Source: an uncultured Actinomycetes bacterium (lineage in GTDB: Bacteria; Actinomycetota; Acidimicrobiia; IMCC26256; DASPTH01). From it: DNA of 64,000 nucleotides. Shown in pieces: positions 34,353 to 43,959 of the stretch. The translations under genes were made by a program, and so were the position numbers. The notes beneath the pieces were generated by a model that was not told the origin of the DNA, searched no databases, and worked only from the letters and a program-made list of their open reading frames with translations. Numbering within the stretch: the stretch's first letter is position 1; each line of letters starts with the position of its first letter. The stretch is from positions 673,867 through 737,866 of the forward strand of contig CAVPKG010000001.1 of the NCBI GenBank assembly GCA_963705625.1, given 5' to 3'.

Positions 34353-34867
34353 AGAACACTTGTAGCACCACGAGTTCGCGTTGCAGAGCGTGTTGGTGCC
34401 CCTAGCAACAAACCCGCGGGAGCGATGGGACTGCCGACCCACTGATCAACCGAAACACGGCCTGGAAGTCACCCACCTTCATCGTCCTTACTCATCATTC
34501 GGCGGACCCCTCGCGGACCGAGCGGCAAGCGGCACTGCACACGAGTGCCGGCAATGCGCTTCGGCAACACAGCGAAACGCCGGTGAACTCGCGGCGCGAC
34601 GCGCCGACTCCTACGCCTGCACCGTAGAAGTCACGAGCTCGAAGAGGTCACGTTCCAGTCCGCGGACTTTCGCGGACTTGCGGACTGCGGGTGGCGACGC
34701 GTCGACGAGTGGATGGCCTCCGACCTGGGCTTTGGGTGGACCTGATGAGACAGCTCTCGAAACCTCCGGGCGTCGACGAGGGCTGACCTCGGCGAGGTCC
34801 AGTCCGTTGCGTCGGGCGCGCTCGACCTCGGTCGCGCATGGGTTTGTATGCAATGTGCTCGTTCTCC

Positions 34868-36784
34868 TTATGAGACGACCACCCGTACGCGAGCGAGGTT
34901 CTGGATCCGCGTGTGAGGCGTGTCGGGATCACCCTCTCGCTGTGACGTGGCGCGCAGCGCCGCGAAGTAAGTGCCGGGCTGGTCATAGGTGTGGGTCGCG
35001 CCGAGTCGCATCGAAGGCCCGATGGTCGCGATGTCGGCGCGCACCGGGTACTGGCCCGCACCCTCGAAGTCCCATTCCGCATCCACGACGTCGCCGGTTC
35101 CGGGTGGGGTCTCGATCGTGGCCGAGAAGCTGACCGGCTGACCGACGGCCATGTCGGCACGGTCGCCACCGTCGACGGTCAGCTCGACGACGGGCTGAAC
35201 GCCCTTCCGGCTCGCGGCATCGGGCGGGACGACCACCTGGCTGTCGACGATCTCGTAGTTCGTGCTCGCCGGCGGCGCGATGCCCCGCTCAGCCCAGGCC
35301 GCGACGTCGCGGAGCGCCTGCTGCAGCACGCCCGCATAGCTGACCATCCGCGCGTGCGCGGGTGGCCCGGCCGGGAAGCCGTGCTGGGCGTTGTCGGTGT
35401 AGTAGAGCCGGTAGTTGTCCTCCATGCCCTGCTTCCCGAGCGCCTGCTCCACCTTCTTGGCGTACCAGTCCGCCTGCCACGGGAAGGCTTCGATGTCCAC
35501 CATCGACTCGAGCACGATCATCTTGCCCTTGAAGTTCCCGGTGTTCAGCGCGCCACTCGCGTTCACGGCACCGATGGGCCCGACCAGGGTTTCGCGCTGC
35601 GGGTAGATGGGGTCGCCGTCGCCGCCCTCGCGGAACTCGTTCCAGCCGTACATGTCGGGTGTCGGCACGTTGTGACGGTGGAACGTCTGGAGCGCCAGGT
35701 ACCACGAGTTGTCGAGCGACACCGGATCGTCGACCTTGGCGTCGTCGAAGAGCGCGACCAACATGTCAGGGATCGTCACCGTGCAATCCGCCGCGTTGAC
35801 CGGCGGGGTCTGGATGCGAACGCCTCCGATCATGAGGTCGATGCCGGTGAGGTCACCATCCGGCACGGTCTCCACCACGATGCGGTTCGGGTCGGTGAGC
35901 TTCTCCACGATGGTCGTCGGATGCTGGATGCGTGCCGCCGCCACCGACGACTTCGGATCGGTGCCGAGGTATCCGGGCTTGCTCCAGAAGTCCTCGGCGT
36001 AGGTGGGATCGAGGATCGGGACGTACCCGGCCACCAGCGACAACGGGCCGCCGGTCATGGTCTCCCAGTTCCACCACCCGCGCATCGGGAACCCGAGTCG
36101 GGTCGCCTCCTCGAGCGCCCCGCGTTCCTCCTCGTCGTTCAGGCCCTCGTACGGGTCGCCGCTCCCACCGGGGTCGATCGCGTCCATGGCCTGTGCGAAC
36201 TTGCCCCCCGCCTTGAGGACGCGAAGCGTGTGGATCCGCACCGTGAAGACGCCGGGGATCGCGTTCGGGGACCCCATGACCTGTGGCACGAAACCGTCCC
36301 ACACGCCCTCGGTCTGTTCGGCCGACGTGATGGTCTGGAACGCGCCGCCACTCGGCCCGTGGAGGTAACCGAACGGTCGATGCTGCCCGTACAGCTCGAC
36401 CGCCTTCACCCGCGAGAACTTTGCGGCCGCCGCGTTGACCCGGTAGCCCCCGATCGCCGGGTCGTACTTGCCCGAGAGAGCGAGTTCCGCGCTGCGGGGA
36501 TACTCGGACCCACCCATGTTCGACTGCACGAGGTACGCGCCGCTCTCGAGCGTGAAGGTGACCGTCGCGTCCTGGGCGTCCTCACTGAAGAACAACTGGT
36601 GCGTCGGCTGGAAGAACCGTCCCTCGTACCGGTCGGCCGGCGGAAAATAGAACGAGAACCGCGCATCAGTACCCGTGAAGCCGCCGTGGATGTAGCGATG
36701 CGGCACCGGGTTCGTGCGCTGCTCGTCGACATCGACGAACGGCGCGTTGAAACGCGGGTCCTCAGACTCCTCCGTGATCAACAT
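34868..36784 (-). CDS. Putative alpha/beta-hydrolase-like protein with C-terminal PKD domain
   Basis: Uninterrupted 638 aa ORF; GPSGG nucleophile-like motif; AEWDFEG and HTYDQPGTY PKD signature. Confidence 0.72.
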   Translation of the reverse strand: MLITEESEDPRFNAPFVDVDEQRTNPVPHRYIHGGFTGTDARFSFYFPPADRYEGRFFQPTHQLFFSEDAQDATVTFTLESGAYLVQSNMGGSEYPRSAELALSGKYDPAIGGYRVNAAAAKFSRVKAVELYGQHRPFGYLHGPSGGAFQTITSAEQTEGVWDGFVPQVMGSPNAIPGVFTVRIHTLRVLKAGGKFAQAMDAIDPGGSGDPYEGLNDEEERGALEEATRLGFPMRGWWNWETMTGGPLSLVAGYVPILDPTYAEDFWSKPGYLGTDPKSSVAAARIQHPTTIVEKLTDPNRIVVETVPDGDLTGIDLMIGGVRIQTPPVNAADCTVTIPDMLVALFDDAKVDDPVSLDNSWYLALQTFHRHNVPTPDMYGWNEFREGGDGDPIYPQRETLVGPIGAVNASGALNTGNFKGKMIVLESMVDIEAFPWQADWYAKKVEQALGKQGMEDNYRLYYTDNAQHGFPAGPPAHARMVSYAGVLQQALRDVAAWAERGIAPPASTNYEIVDSQVVVPPDAASRKGVQPVVELTVDGGDRADMAVGQPVSFSATIETPPGTGDVVDAEWDFEGAGQYPVRADIATIGPSMRLGATHTYDQPGTYFAALRATSQREGDPDTPHTRIQNLARVRVVVS

Positions 36785-37051
36785 GGAAGCTCCTCGTCTG
36801 GGCGTTGGTCACGAGCAATACGCCGTTCAGGAGTCGGCTGTCAAGCAGACCCACAGGGGGAACGGCAAGGATTCGAAGCGGACGTCACGAATGCGCGCCG
36901 AGCCCCCGCGCGGGTCATGGGGCTACGACGGTCGCGTCGCGACACGTACTCCTTCAGGAATGCCGATCTGCGGCGCTCGGGGGTGCGCGCTCAGAAGGCG
37001 AAGTGGAGCCGTGCTCGGAGGAACGGGACGGCGAAACGGAGTCGACCTGAT

Positions 37052-38122
37052 TCAGAGGTGGTAGAGCCGCGCCGCGTTCTCGCCGAAGATCAGTCGCCGC
37101 TTCGCGTCGTCGAGGCCCTCGGTCGCTTCTTCCAGCTCGTGCACGATGCCGGGGATCTTCGCGTCGGGGTGTGGGTAGTCCGACGCCCAGACGATGCGAT
37201 CGGCGCCGACGTACTTGCTGTTCGCGGTGTAGGCGAGCGCTTCCTCGTCGGGATCGAAGCTGATGTAGCACTGCCGCTTGAAGACTTCGGAGGGCGGCGT
37301 CGTCTGGTACCGGCTGCCGAAGACGTCGACGTGGTGGTCGAAACGTTCGAGCATCGGCGCGCACCAGCCGCCCGAACCTTCGAGGAACACGACCGTCAAC
37401 TCGGGGTACCGCTCGCAGATGCCGCCGGCGACGAACCACCCCATCGCGACCATCACGTCGAGGGCGTTCCCGAGGCCCTGGCGGAGCGCGAGCCCTTTGT
37501 CGAGCCGACCATCGGCGTCGTCGTGGAGACCGAGGCGGGTCACGACGTTCCACGGCATGTCGGGGAAGGAGAAGGGATGGACGCCGATCGGGCATCCGAG
37601 TTGCGCGGCGGCGTCCCAGAACGGGTCGTACACGGGATCGTTGAGCTTCTTGTTCTCGATGTAGGGCGCGGGGCGGATCATCACCGCCTTGAAGTCGAGA
37701 TCCTGCACGCAGCGCTCCATCTCCTTGACCGCGAGCGCGGGGTCCTGGAGGGCCACGAGCCCCACGCCGATCAGGCGGGCGCGGTCGGCGGAGCAGTACT
37801 CGTGCAGCCAGCGGTTGTACTCCTGCGCCATCGTGTGGAAGACGTCCGCGTCCGGCACCCACGCGAGGCCGGGCGTGGTCGGGTACAGCACCGCGATGTC
37901 GATCCCGTCGGCATCCATGTCCTCGAGCCGAGGACCGGGCTGAGATCCGCCCGCCCGCCCGTACATGAGCTCGGCATGGGACGCCTCGGTCGGCGCCGGG
38001 TCCTCCGCCGCGGGTGACACGCCCCCGGTCAGCTGTGTGAAGAACGCCGCCTGCACGTCCGCCGGCAGCTGGAGCTGCTCCAGCACGTGACCGTCGGCGT
38101 CGATCATCCGTACATCGCTCAT
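37052..38122 (-). CDS. Amidohydrolase_2 family protein
   Basis: MIDADGHVLE, RLEDMDADGIDIAVLYPT, WASDYPHPD, GENAARLY. Confidence 0.9.
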   Translation of the reverse strand: MSDVRMIDADGHVLEQLQLPADVQAAFFTQLTGGVSPAAEDPAPTEASHAELMYGRAGGSQPGPRLEDMDADGIDIAVLYPTTPGLAWVPDADVFHTMAQEYNRWLHEYCSADRARLIGVGLVALQDPALAVKEMERCVQDLDFKAVMIRPAPYIENKKLNDPVYDPFWDAAAQLGCPIGVHPFSFPDMPWNVVTRLGLHDDADGRLDKGLALRQGLGNALDVMVAMGWFVAGGICERYPELTVVFLEGSGGWCAPMLERFDHHVDVFGSRYQTTPPSEVFKRQCYISFDPDEEALAYTANSKYVGADRIVWASDYPHPDAKIPGIVHELEEATEGLDDAKRRLIFGENAARLYHL

Positions 38123-38289
38123 GTGACCCCTTCCCCGATCGTCTCGCCGGTCCGAACCCAAGCTTGCCCCAACGACGAATGCGGCCGCCATCATCGAGCT
38201 CGCGACCGTCGGTGAGACCCGAGGCGCCTTGCAAAGTCCCAACCCGGTGGCCGAGACTGTACTCCCGCGAGTTCGCGACTGGGGGGACG

Positions 38290-40098
38290 ATGAACGCTCG
38301 GAAGCGTTGTCGGCGCGCGGTGAGATCCTTGCTCGTGGTCGCGGTCGCGGTGTCCGCGTCCGCGGTCGTCGGCGTGGGGCACGGCGACGCGGCGAGCACC
38401 GACGCGTCGTCGTGAAGCCGCCTGCCGGCGCAGGCAAGCCCGTACCGGGGACGGGGATCGGCACCAAGGCGGCGATGGACGACCCGCGGTGCCGAACGGG
38501 TGCGCAGTACGGCGTGTACGGCCGGTGGGACTCGTCGGCGGTCGGTATGGGCCCGCTCTGTGTGCGGCCGTTCAAGGCCGGTGACGACAACGGCGGAGCG
38601 ACGTCCAAGGGCGTGACCAAGGACTCGATCAAGGTGGTCGCCGTCCTGCCGACCGCGGAACGTTCGTCGGCCCAGGCGCTCGCCGCGCAGCTGAACAACC
38701 GCGCGCACCAGCTCGAAGGGCACGTGGGAGGACGCGATCCACGACTACCTCGTCGCGCGGCTTGCCGTACTTCCAGACGTGGGGCCGCAACATCGACCTG
38801 AGCTTCTACACGTCGACCGGCGTCGACGAGACGGCGCAGCGCGCCGACGCGGTGGCGATCCTGGCCATGAAGCCGTTCGCGGTGCTCAACTTCGACAGCT
38901 TCGGCCTCGACACGTTGCTCGCCAGCCTGGCGCAGGCAAAGGTGCTCACCGAGGCGTTCTCGGTGTCGCCCGAGGAGTCGGCGGCTCAGGCCCCGTACCG
39001 GTGGGGCGGCAACGACCCCGACGCGGCCTCGATGGCATCGGCGGAGGTGATCGGCAAGAACCTCGTCGGCAAGAAGGCGCAGTACGCGGGCGGCGCACGT
39101 GAAGGGGACGCCGCGCAAGTTCGGTCTCGTCATGATCAAGGACAACATCGACGAGTCCCTCTTCGAGAAGACCCTCGGCAAGTACAAGGGCACCATCGTG
39201 AACACGCAGACCTACGTGGGCTCGGGTGGGGCCCTGGGCGACGCGACGGTCGCGCAGGAGCAGGCCCCGGTGATCGTCACCAAGATGAAGGACGCCGGCG
39301 TGACGACGGTGGTGCTGTTCACCGACGTGGCGATGAACAAGGCGCTGATGCAGCAGGCGACCGCGCAGGAGTGGTTCCCGGAGTGGTTCGTCACCGGCGC
39401 GGGCTACTTCGACCTCCCGGTGCTGGCCCAGGCGTACCCCGCCGAGCAGGCCGAGCACACCTTCGGCATCTCCCTCATCCCCCCGTACTTCGACCTGCCG
39501 GACGAGGTCACCAACATCACCGGCTCGATCGGTGCCTTCAACTGGTACTTCGGAAGCGGCGGTACCACGAGCGGCGCGGTGCCCGGCGGTATCGACTGGT
39601 TCCTCAACGGCATCCACAACGCCGGGCCGGACCTGACGCCGCAGACCTTCAAGCAGGGGCTCTTCGCCGTGCCGGCGACCGCGAACCCGACCAACAGCCC
39701 GCTCGTCATCCTCACGGGCTACGGCCGCACCACCGGGCTGCCCTACGACGCGTACAGCCCGGGGCCGGCCGACTTCGCGCCGATGTGGATGGATCCCCAC
39801 ACGAGCGGCATCTCGGCCGGGAGCGGGACCGAGGTCCTCCGAGGTCTCGTGGTACATGGACGGCGCCCGTCGCTACAGCAGCGGGAGCTGGCCGAAGAAC
39901 CTGGTCTGGTTCGACAAGTCCAACTCGATCCACGCAGATCGACTCGCTCCCGACCCGGCGTCACGCTCCCGGTCGGCGGCCCCACCGTGCGCCACAGAGA
40001 AGTGCCCGTCCACCGGGGCGACAGAGCCGACACCGGGCACGCCGAGCCCGTCGGGCTTCGTCGCGAAGGCCTTGCCGAACGCCCGCGCGACATCGTGA
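38290..40098 (+). CDS. Secreted substrate-binding-like protein, orphan (several frameshifts)
   Basis: DNGGATSKGVTKDSIKV, YFQTWGR, DETAQRADA, QAPYRWG, GYGRTTGLPYD, CATEKCPS. Confidence 0.72.
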
Positions 40099-40197
40099 GC
40101 GTGGTGGGCCGCCAGGAAATCGATCCCTGACTCAGCGGATAGAGAGCGCGTGCGCGACCCTGACCCGCTCTTCGCAGTCGTGACGCGATGAGCAAAG

Positions 40198-40272
40198 GGT
40201 CGGCGACGCTGGAGGTAGAGCACACCCTTTCGTCAATGTCGGCCAGCGCCGAGATCAATGGGCGTGCTTCGG
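40198..40272 (+). repeat. Two-hairpin element, copy 5 left part (hairpin 1)
   Basis: GGTCGGCGACGCTGGAGGTAGAGCACACCCTTTCGTCAATGTCGGCCAGCGCCGAGATCAATGGGCGTGCTTCGG. Confidence 0.88.
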
Positions 40273-40695
40273 CTACCGGGCCGCCGGCCTGACGACTTGT
40301 GCGTGGATCTCTTGCGCCAGCACATGGATGGCCTTGGTGAGTTCAGTGTTCAGGTGGAGTTCGGCTTCCTCCGCCAAGTAGTCGTGGTCGGCTTTGCGTT
40401 GGGTGAACTCGGCTTGGCGGTTCTGGCCGATCATCACGAACGTCGACAAGAAGATGGCTTCGAGGCTCACGATCATGGTGAGGAACCCGAAGGGGAACGG
40501 GTCGACGTTGACCGCGTAGCCGAGCAGCACGATCCAGAAAGCGAAGAGAGCGATGTGGATCCACACGAACATCATCGAACCGGCGAACTTGGTGATCGCG
40601 TCGGCTGCCCGGAGCTGGGCGTCAGCAGCTCGATTGGTCTTCTGAGCGATGACGACCGGATGATGCTGGTCCTCTGTGCTTTGGGTCACGGTCAT
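40273..40695 (-). CDS. DUF1003 family membrane protein
   Basis: AADAITKFAGSM, DPFPFGFLTMIVSLEAIFLSTFVMIGQNRQ. Confidence 0.9.
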   Translation of the reverse strand: MTVTQSTEDQHHPVVIAQKTNRAADAQLRAADAITKFAGSMMFVWIHIALFAFWIVLLGYAVNVDPFPFGFLTMIVSLEAIFLSTFVMIGQNRQAEFTQRKADHDYLAEEAELHLNTELTKAIHVLAQEIHAQVVRPAAR

Positions 40696-40803
40696 GTCTC
40701 TCTCCTGTGGGTCGGCGTTGGTGGGCGACTTCCTCCTTGTCGCCCGATAGGGCGCGCATCGTCGTTCGGTCGATCATCGACGACATCTCCGAGTCGCGGT
40801 CGA

Positions 40804-40914
40804 CGGTGGATCTTCGCAGGCATCCCCCCAATGGAAGAGATCGGGGGCTCGGGGAAGACTTTGCCACCCGTCCGCGAGCGGGCTGTTCCCCGAAGATGGC
40901 GGGCGCGCACCAGA
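40804..40914 (+). repeat. Two-hairpin element, copy 5 right part (linker + hairpin 2)
   Basis: CGGTGGATCTTCGCAGG linker-like stretch, then TGCCACCC..GGCTGTTCCCCGAAGATGGCGGGCGCGCACCAGA. Confidence 0.75.
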
Positions 40915-41030
40915 ACGGTGTCATTCTGTGCGGGTGTTCGTGGAACTGCGCGGTGACGCGCGTCGTCGAAGCAAGATACGGATGCGCAAGCGCGCTTGAA
41001 CTGCCATTTTCGTCGGGGAGGGGCCGAAGT

Positions 41031-41741
41031 ATGTGGACACGATTCGCAGGCGTTGTGTTCGTCGCGGGGCTCGGCGCATCCGCCTGGTCGCCGACCGCAG
41101 CCGTGGCAGCACAGCACCCGCCTCTGGGGTTCGCGGTGCTGGCCGTCGTGGCGTGTCCCACCTCGTACGGCGTCACCCAGGCTCCCCCATGGCAGCCCAC
41201 GAAGCTTCCGGTCGCGCTCACGCAGCACGACGCGGCGCGCCTCGCGTTCTACTCGAACGGCTTCGTGACCGTGCTCGGACCGCGAGGCTGGGGATGCCAA
41301 GCCGTCGCCGCCGCCGACGGCAGCAAGACTCTGGAGGTCTCCCCGCCGGGCAGTGCTGCTGCCGGATCGTTACCCGACCCGAATGCTTCCTGGAGTGTCT
41401 ACGCCGCGGCCGACTACACCGGCCATGGACCGGGTGCTCTTCTTGTGTGCCCCTACTTCCCTGGCAGTGGGGCCGCGAAATTCTTCGGCGGCGGACCGCC
41501 CGCCTGCCCGGCGCTGCCGGCCGGCACGACCATGACGAGCCTGACCCCCGACACCGTGTTCTTCCGGCTCCCCAACGCTCGGAGCGGCATCGTGCTCTAC
41601 CCCCAGATCACCCCCGAACCTCGAGGCGGTGTCAGCGTGGCGCTCGAAACCTGCCGACTGCCCGGCAACCGAGCTTCACTGTGCACCGCCATTCTCCACG
41701 ACTACGCCGTCCGTTCATATCCAATCGAGTCCTCCCCCTGA
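41031..41741 (+). CDS. Secreted Cys-containing hypothetical protein (possibly DUF4850-like)
   Basis: Signal peptide; VLGPRGWGCQAVAAADGS, CPYFP; GGAGG SD. Confidence 0.65.
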   Translation: MWTRFAGVVFVAGLGASAWSPTAAVAAQHPPLGFAVLAVVACPTSYGVTQAPPWQPTKLPVALTQHDAARLAFYSNGFVTVLGPRGWGCQAVAAADGSKTLEVSPPGSAAAGSLPDPNASWSVYAAADYTGHGPGALLVCPYFPGSGAAKFFGGGPPACPALPAGTTMTSLTPDTVFFRLPNARSGIVLYPQITPEPRGGVSVALETCRLPGNRASLCTAILHDYAVRSYPIESSP

Positions 41742-41887
41742 CCCGAAAGTCGTGATCGGGTGCCGCGGGGCAAGTCGGCTGCCGCGCCCAGCAGTAGCCG
41801 CTCCAGATCTGCCCGTGTTGTGTGCATGACGTTCTGTCGCGACGAACGTGCTGGCTGACGCCACGCGCATTGAAGCAATCTGTACGC

Positions 41888-42379
41888 GTGCCTGAACCCG
41901 AGGGGATCGTGTATCGAAGCGCGCGAGCAGATGATGCCGATGAGATTGCCGCGCTCTGGTCGGTTGCCAACCAGGCACGAGGCACCTACATCCGTGATGG
42001 TGACGTGGACATCGTGCGTGGGCGAATAGCCACGGCGAACACGATCGGCACAGTCGCCGAGGAGGATGGCCGGATCGTCGGAGTGGCAATCCTCTCACCT
42101 GCGCGAGCGAACGCCGGGCGGGGCGACGCTATCCCGGGCCTGGCCCACCTCAACACCGTGGCGGTCATGCCCGACCGCTGGGGTCAAGGCATTGCGCGAA
42201 CGATCCTCGGTCTGATTGTCGAACACGCTCGCGAGGGGGGCTACGTCCAGCTTCAGCTCTACGTGGACGATGACAACGCCCGTGCTCGGCGGTTGTACGA
42301 ACGGAACGGCTGGAAGCCGACGGGTGAGATTGTGCACGCGGAACGGGTAACGCATCTCCGGTACGTGCGGTCGGCATAA
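41888..42379 (+). CDS. GNAT N-acetyltransferase
   Basis: AVMPDRWGQGIA, NARARRLYERNGW. Confidence 0.88.
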   Translation: MPEPEGIVYRSARADDADEIAALWSVANQARGTYIRDGDVDIVRGRIATANTIGTVAEEDGRIVGVAILSPARANAGRGDAIPGLAHLNTVAVMPDRWGQGIARTILGLIVEHAREGGYVQLQLYVDDDNARARRLYERNGWKPTGEIVHAERVTHLRYVRSA

Positions 42380-42457
42380 CCCCCAGAGCGCGCGTTAGCC
42401 CGAGCGGGGGATGTGTGACGCGACAAGCCCGGTTGCGGCGAGGGCTAGCGTCGATGG

Positions 42458-42652
42458 GTGGATCGGACCCGTTGGCAGGTCGCGTGGGCTCTGGTGCTGA
42501 CGGCAGGGACCAGCGCGGTGGTCGGGTTCGCGAATGCTCATGTGGCCACCGGCTTCCCCCTTACGGCTCTGGCAGTCGCCGGGGTAGTCGCTCTCGTAGG
42601 CCTGTGGGGTGTCCTTGCTCCTGTGTTTCACTGGTGGCCGTTCCGTACGTAA
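42458..42652 (+). CDS. Small two-helix membrane protein
   Basis: 64 aa with two hydrophobic segments. Confidence 0.55.
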   Translation: MDRTRWQVAWALVLTAGTSAVVGFANAHVATGFPLTALAVAGVVALVGLWGVLAPVFHWWPFRT

Positions 42653-42823
42653 GCGTTCCGCGCCATGGGAAACATTCACCATCACGACCCCCTCGCCGAG
42701 CGTTTCGCACGACCACGCCGAACTGCCTGTGCGGATGATGTTCTGTCCCGCCGAACTCGTTGGCCCCCTGCGCACGCGGATCGGGCAAGCTGTGCGGGTC
42801 GCGCGCGTGATCGGGGGAGAGCG

Positions 42824-43558
42824 GTGACGACGATCCGAACCGACGATCCCGTTGCGCTGGATGTGGTGGCGGCGATCCATTCTGGTGATGTCGCGGGTTT
42901 GAAACGGTTGCTCGATGAACATCCCGGACTTGCGGCGGCGAAACTCGGTTCTGACGAGGCAGGCGGGGTGACTCGGAGTCTTCTGCATGTCGTGACCGAC
43001 TGGCCCGGTCACTTTCCGAATGGTGCGGCCACCGTGCGTGTGCTGGTCGAGGCGGGCGCTGACGTGAACGCCCGATTTAGTGGTCGGCACACCGAAACGC
43101 CGTTGCATTGGGCGGCAAGCAGCGACGACGTTGAGGTTCTCGACGCGCTCCTCGACGCCGGGGCAGACATTGAGGCACCCGGTGCGGTGCTCGGCGGCGG
43201 CTCGCCAATCGCGGATGCGGCTGGCTTCGGGCAGTGGAAGGCGGCGGCGCGGCTGGTCGAGCGTGGGGCGCAGACGAATCTGTGGCAGTCCGCGACGCTC
43301 GGGTTGATGGATCGTGTAGCTGTTTACTTCGGTGACGACACGTCACCGGGCGCGGATGCGGTGACAGCAGCGTTCTGGGGTGCGTGTCAGGGTGGTCAGC
43401 AGCTGACGGCGGAATTTCTGTTGGAGCGCGGTGCGGACCTCAACTGGATTGGGTACGACGAGTTGACTCCGCTCGACGCGGCGCGGCGAAGCGAGGCCGA
43501 GGATGTTGTGGCGTGGCTCGTCGCCCTTGACGCGAGGTCCACGTCGGAACTCGCATAG
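42824..43558 (+). CDS. Ankyrin repeat protein
   Basis: LVEAGADVNA, ETPLHWAAS, LLDAGADIEA, TPLDAA. Confidence 0.9.
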   Translation: MTTIRTDDPVALDVVAAIHSGDVAGLKRLLDEHPGLAAAKLGSDEAGGVTRSLLHVVTDWPGHFPNGAATVRVLVEAGADVNARFSGRHTETPLHWAASSDDVEVLDALLDAGADIEAPGAVLGGGSPIADAAGFGQWKAAARLVERGAQTNLWQSATLGLMDRVAVYFGDDTSPGADAVTAAFWGACQGGQQLTAEFLLERGADLNWIGYDELTPLDAARRSEAEDVVAWLVALDARSTSELA

Positions 43559-43703
43559 TCAACCGTGCAGATCGAATGCGCTAGTGCAGATGCATCGTGG
43601 ACGCGGGTGTGAGAATCGTTGCGTGTAGCAATCCGGAGTGCTGCTGCCGCCACTTGACGATCCACGGCTGCGGGGGCGAGGAGCCCGACGTACGCTGAAC
43701 GTC

Positions 43704-43928
43704 ATGCGACGCATCATCTTCGGATTGATCGGCCTCTACGTCCTCGCCGCCTTCGCTACCACAGCCGTGGAGAAGAGCGGCATGTGGAAGCAGTGCGGTT
43801 GTGAGCCTGAGTGCTGGTGCAAGAAACCCGGCCTGAGCTTGTTCCACTGGGTGACCCCGAAACGGAAGCATCATCTGGTGACTCCCGCCGACAAGCGGAT
43901 GCTCGCGGAAGCCCAGATCTCAGACTGA
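43704..43928 (+). CDS. Small membrane-anchored Cys-rich protein
   Basis: N-terminal hydrophobic helix, then CGCEPECWCKKPG..HW. Confidence 0.65.
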   Translation: MRRIIFGLIGLYVLAAFATTAVEKSGMWKQCGCEPECWCKKPGLSLFHWVTPKRKHHLVTPADKRMLAEAQISD

Positions 43929-43959
43929 AGCCGGTGACGAGGGCTGGCTACTGCGACAC

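Noticed and set aside
20029..40914. Classical integron attC sites or a repeated protein domain
   Set aside because: No RYYYAAC/GTTRRRY ends, no intI, mixed gene orientation, and no conserved reading frame.
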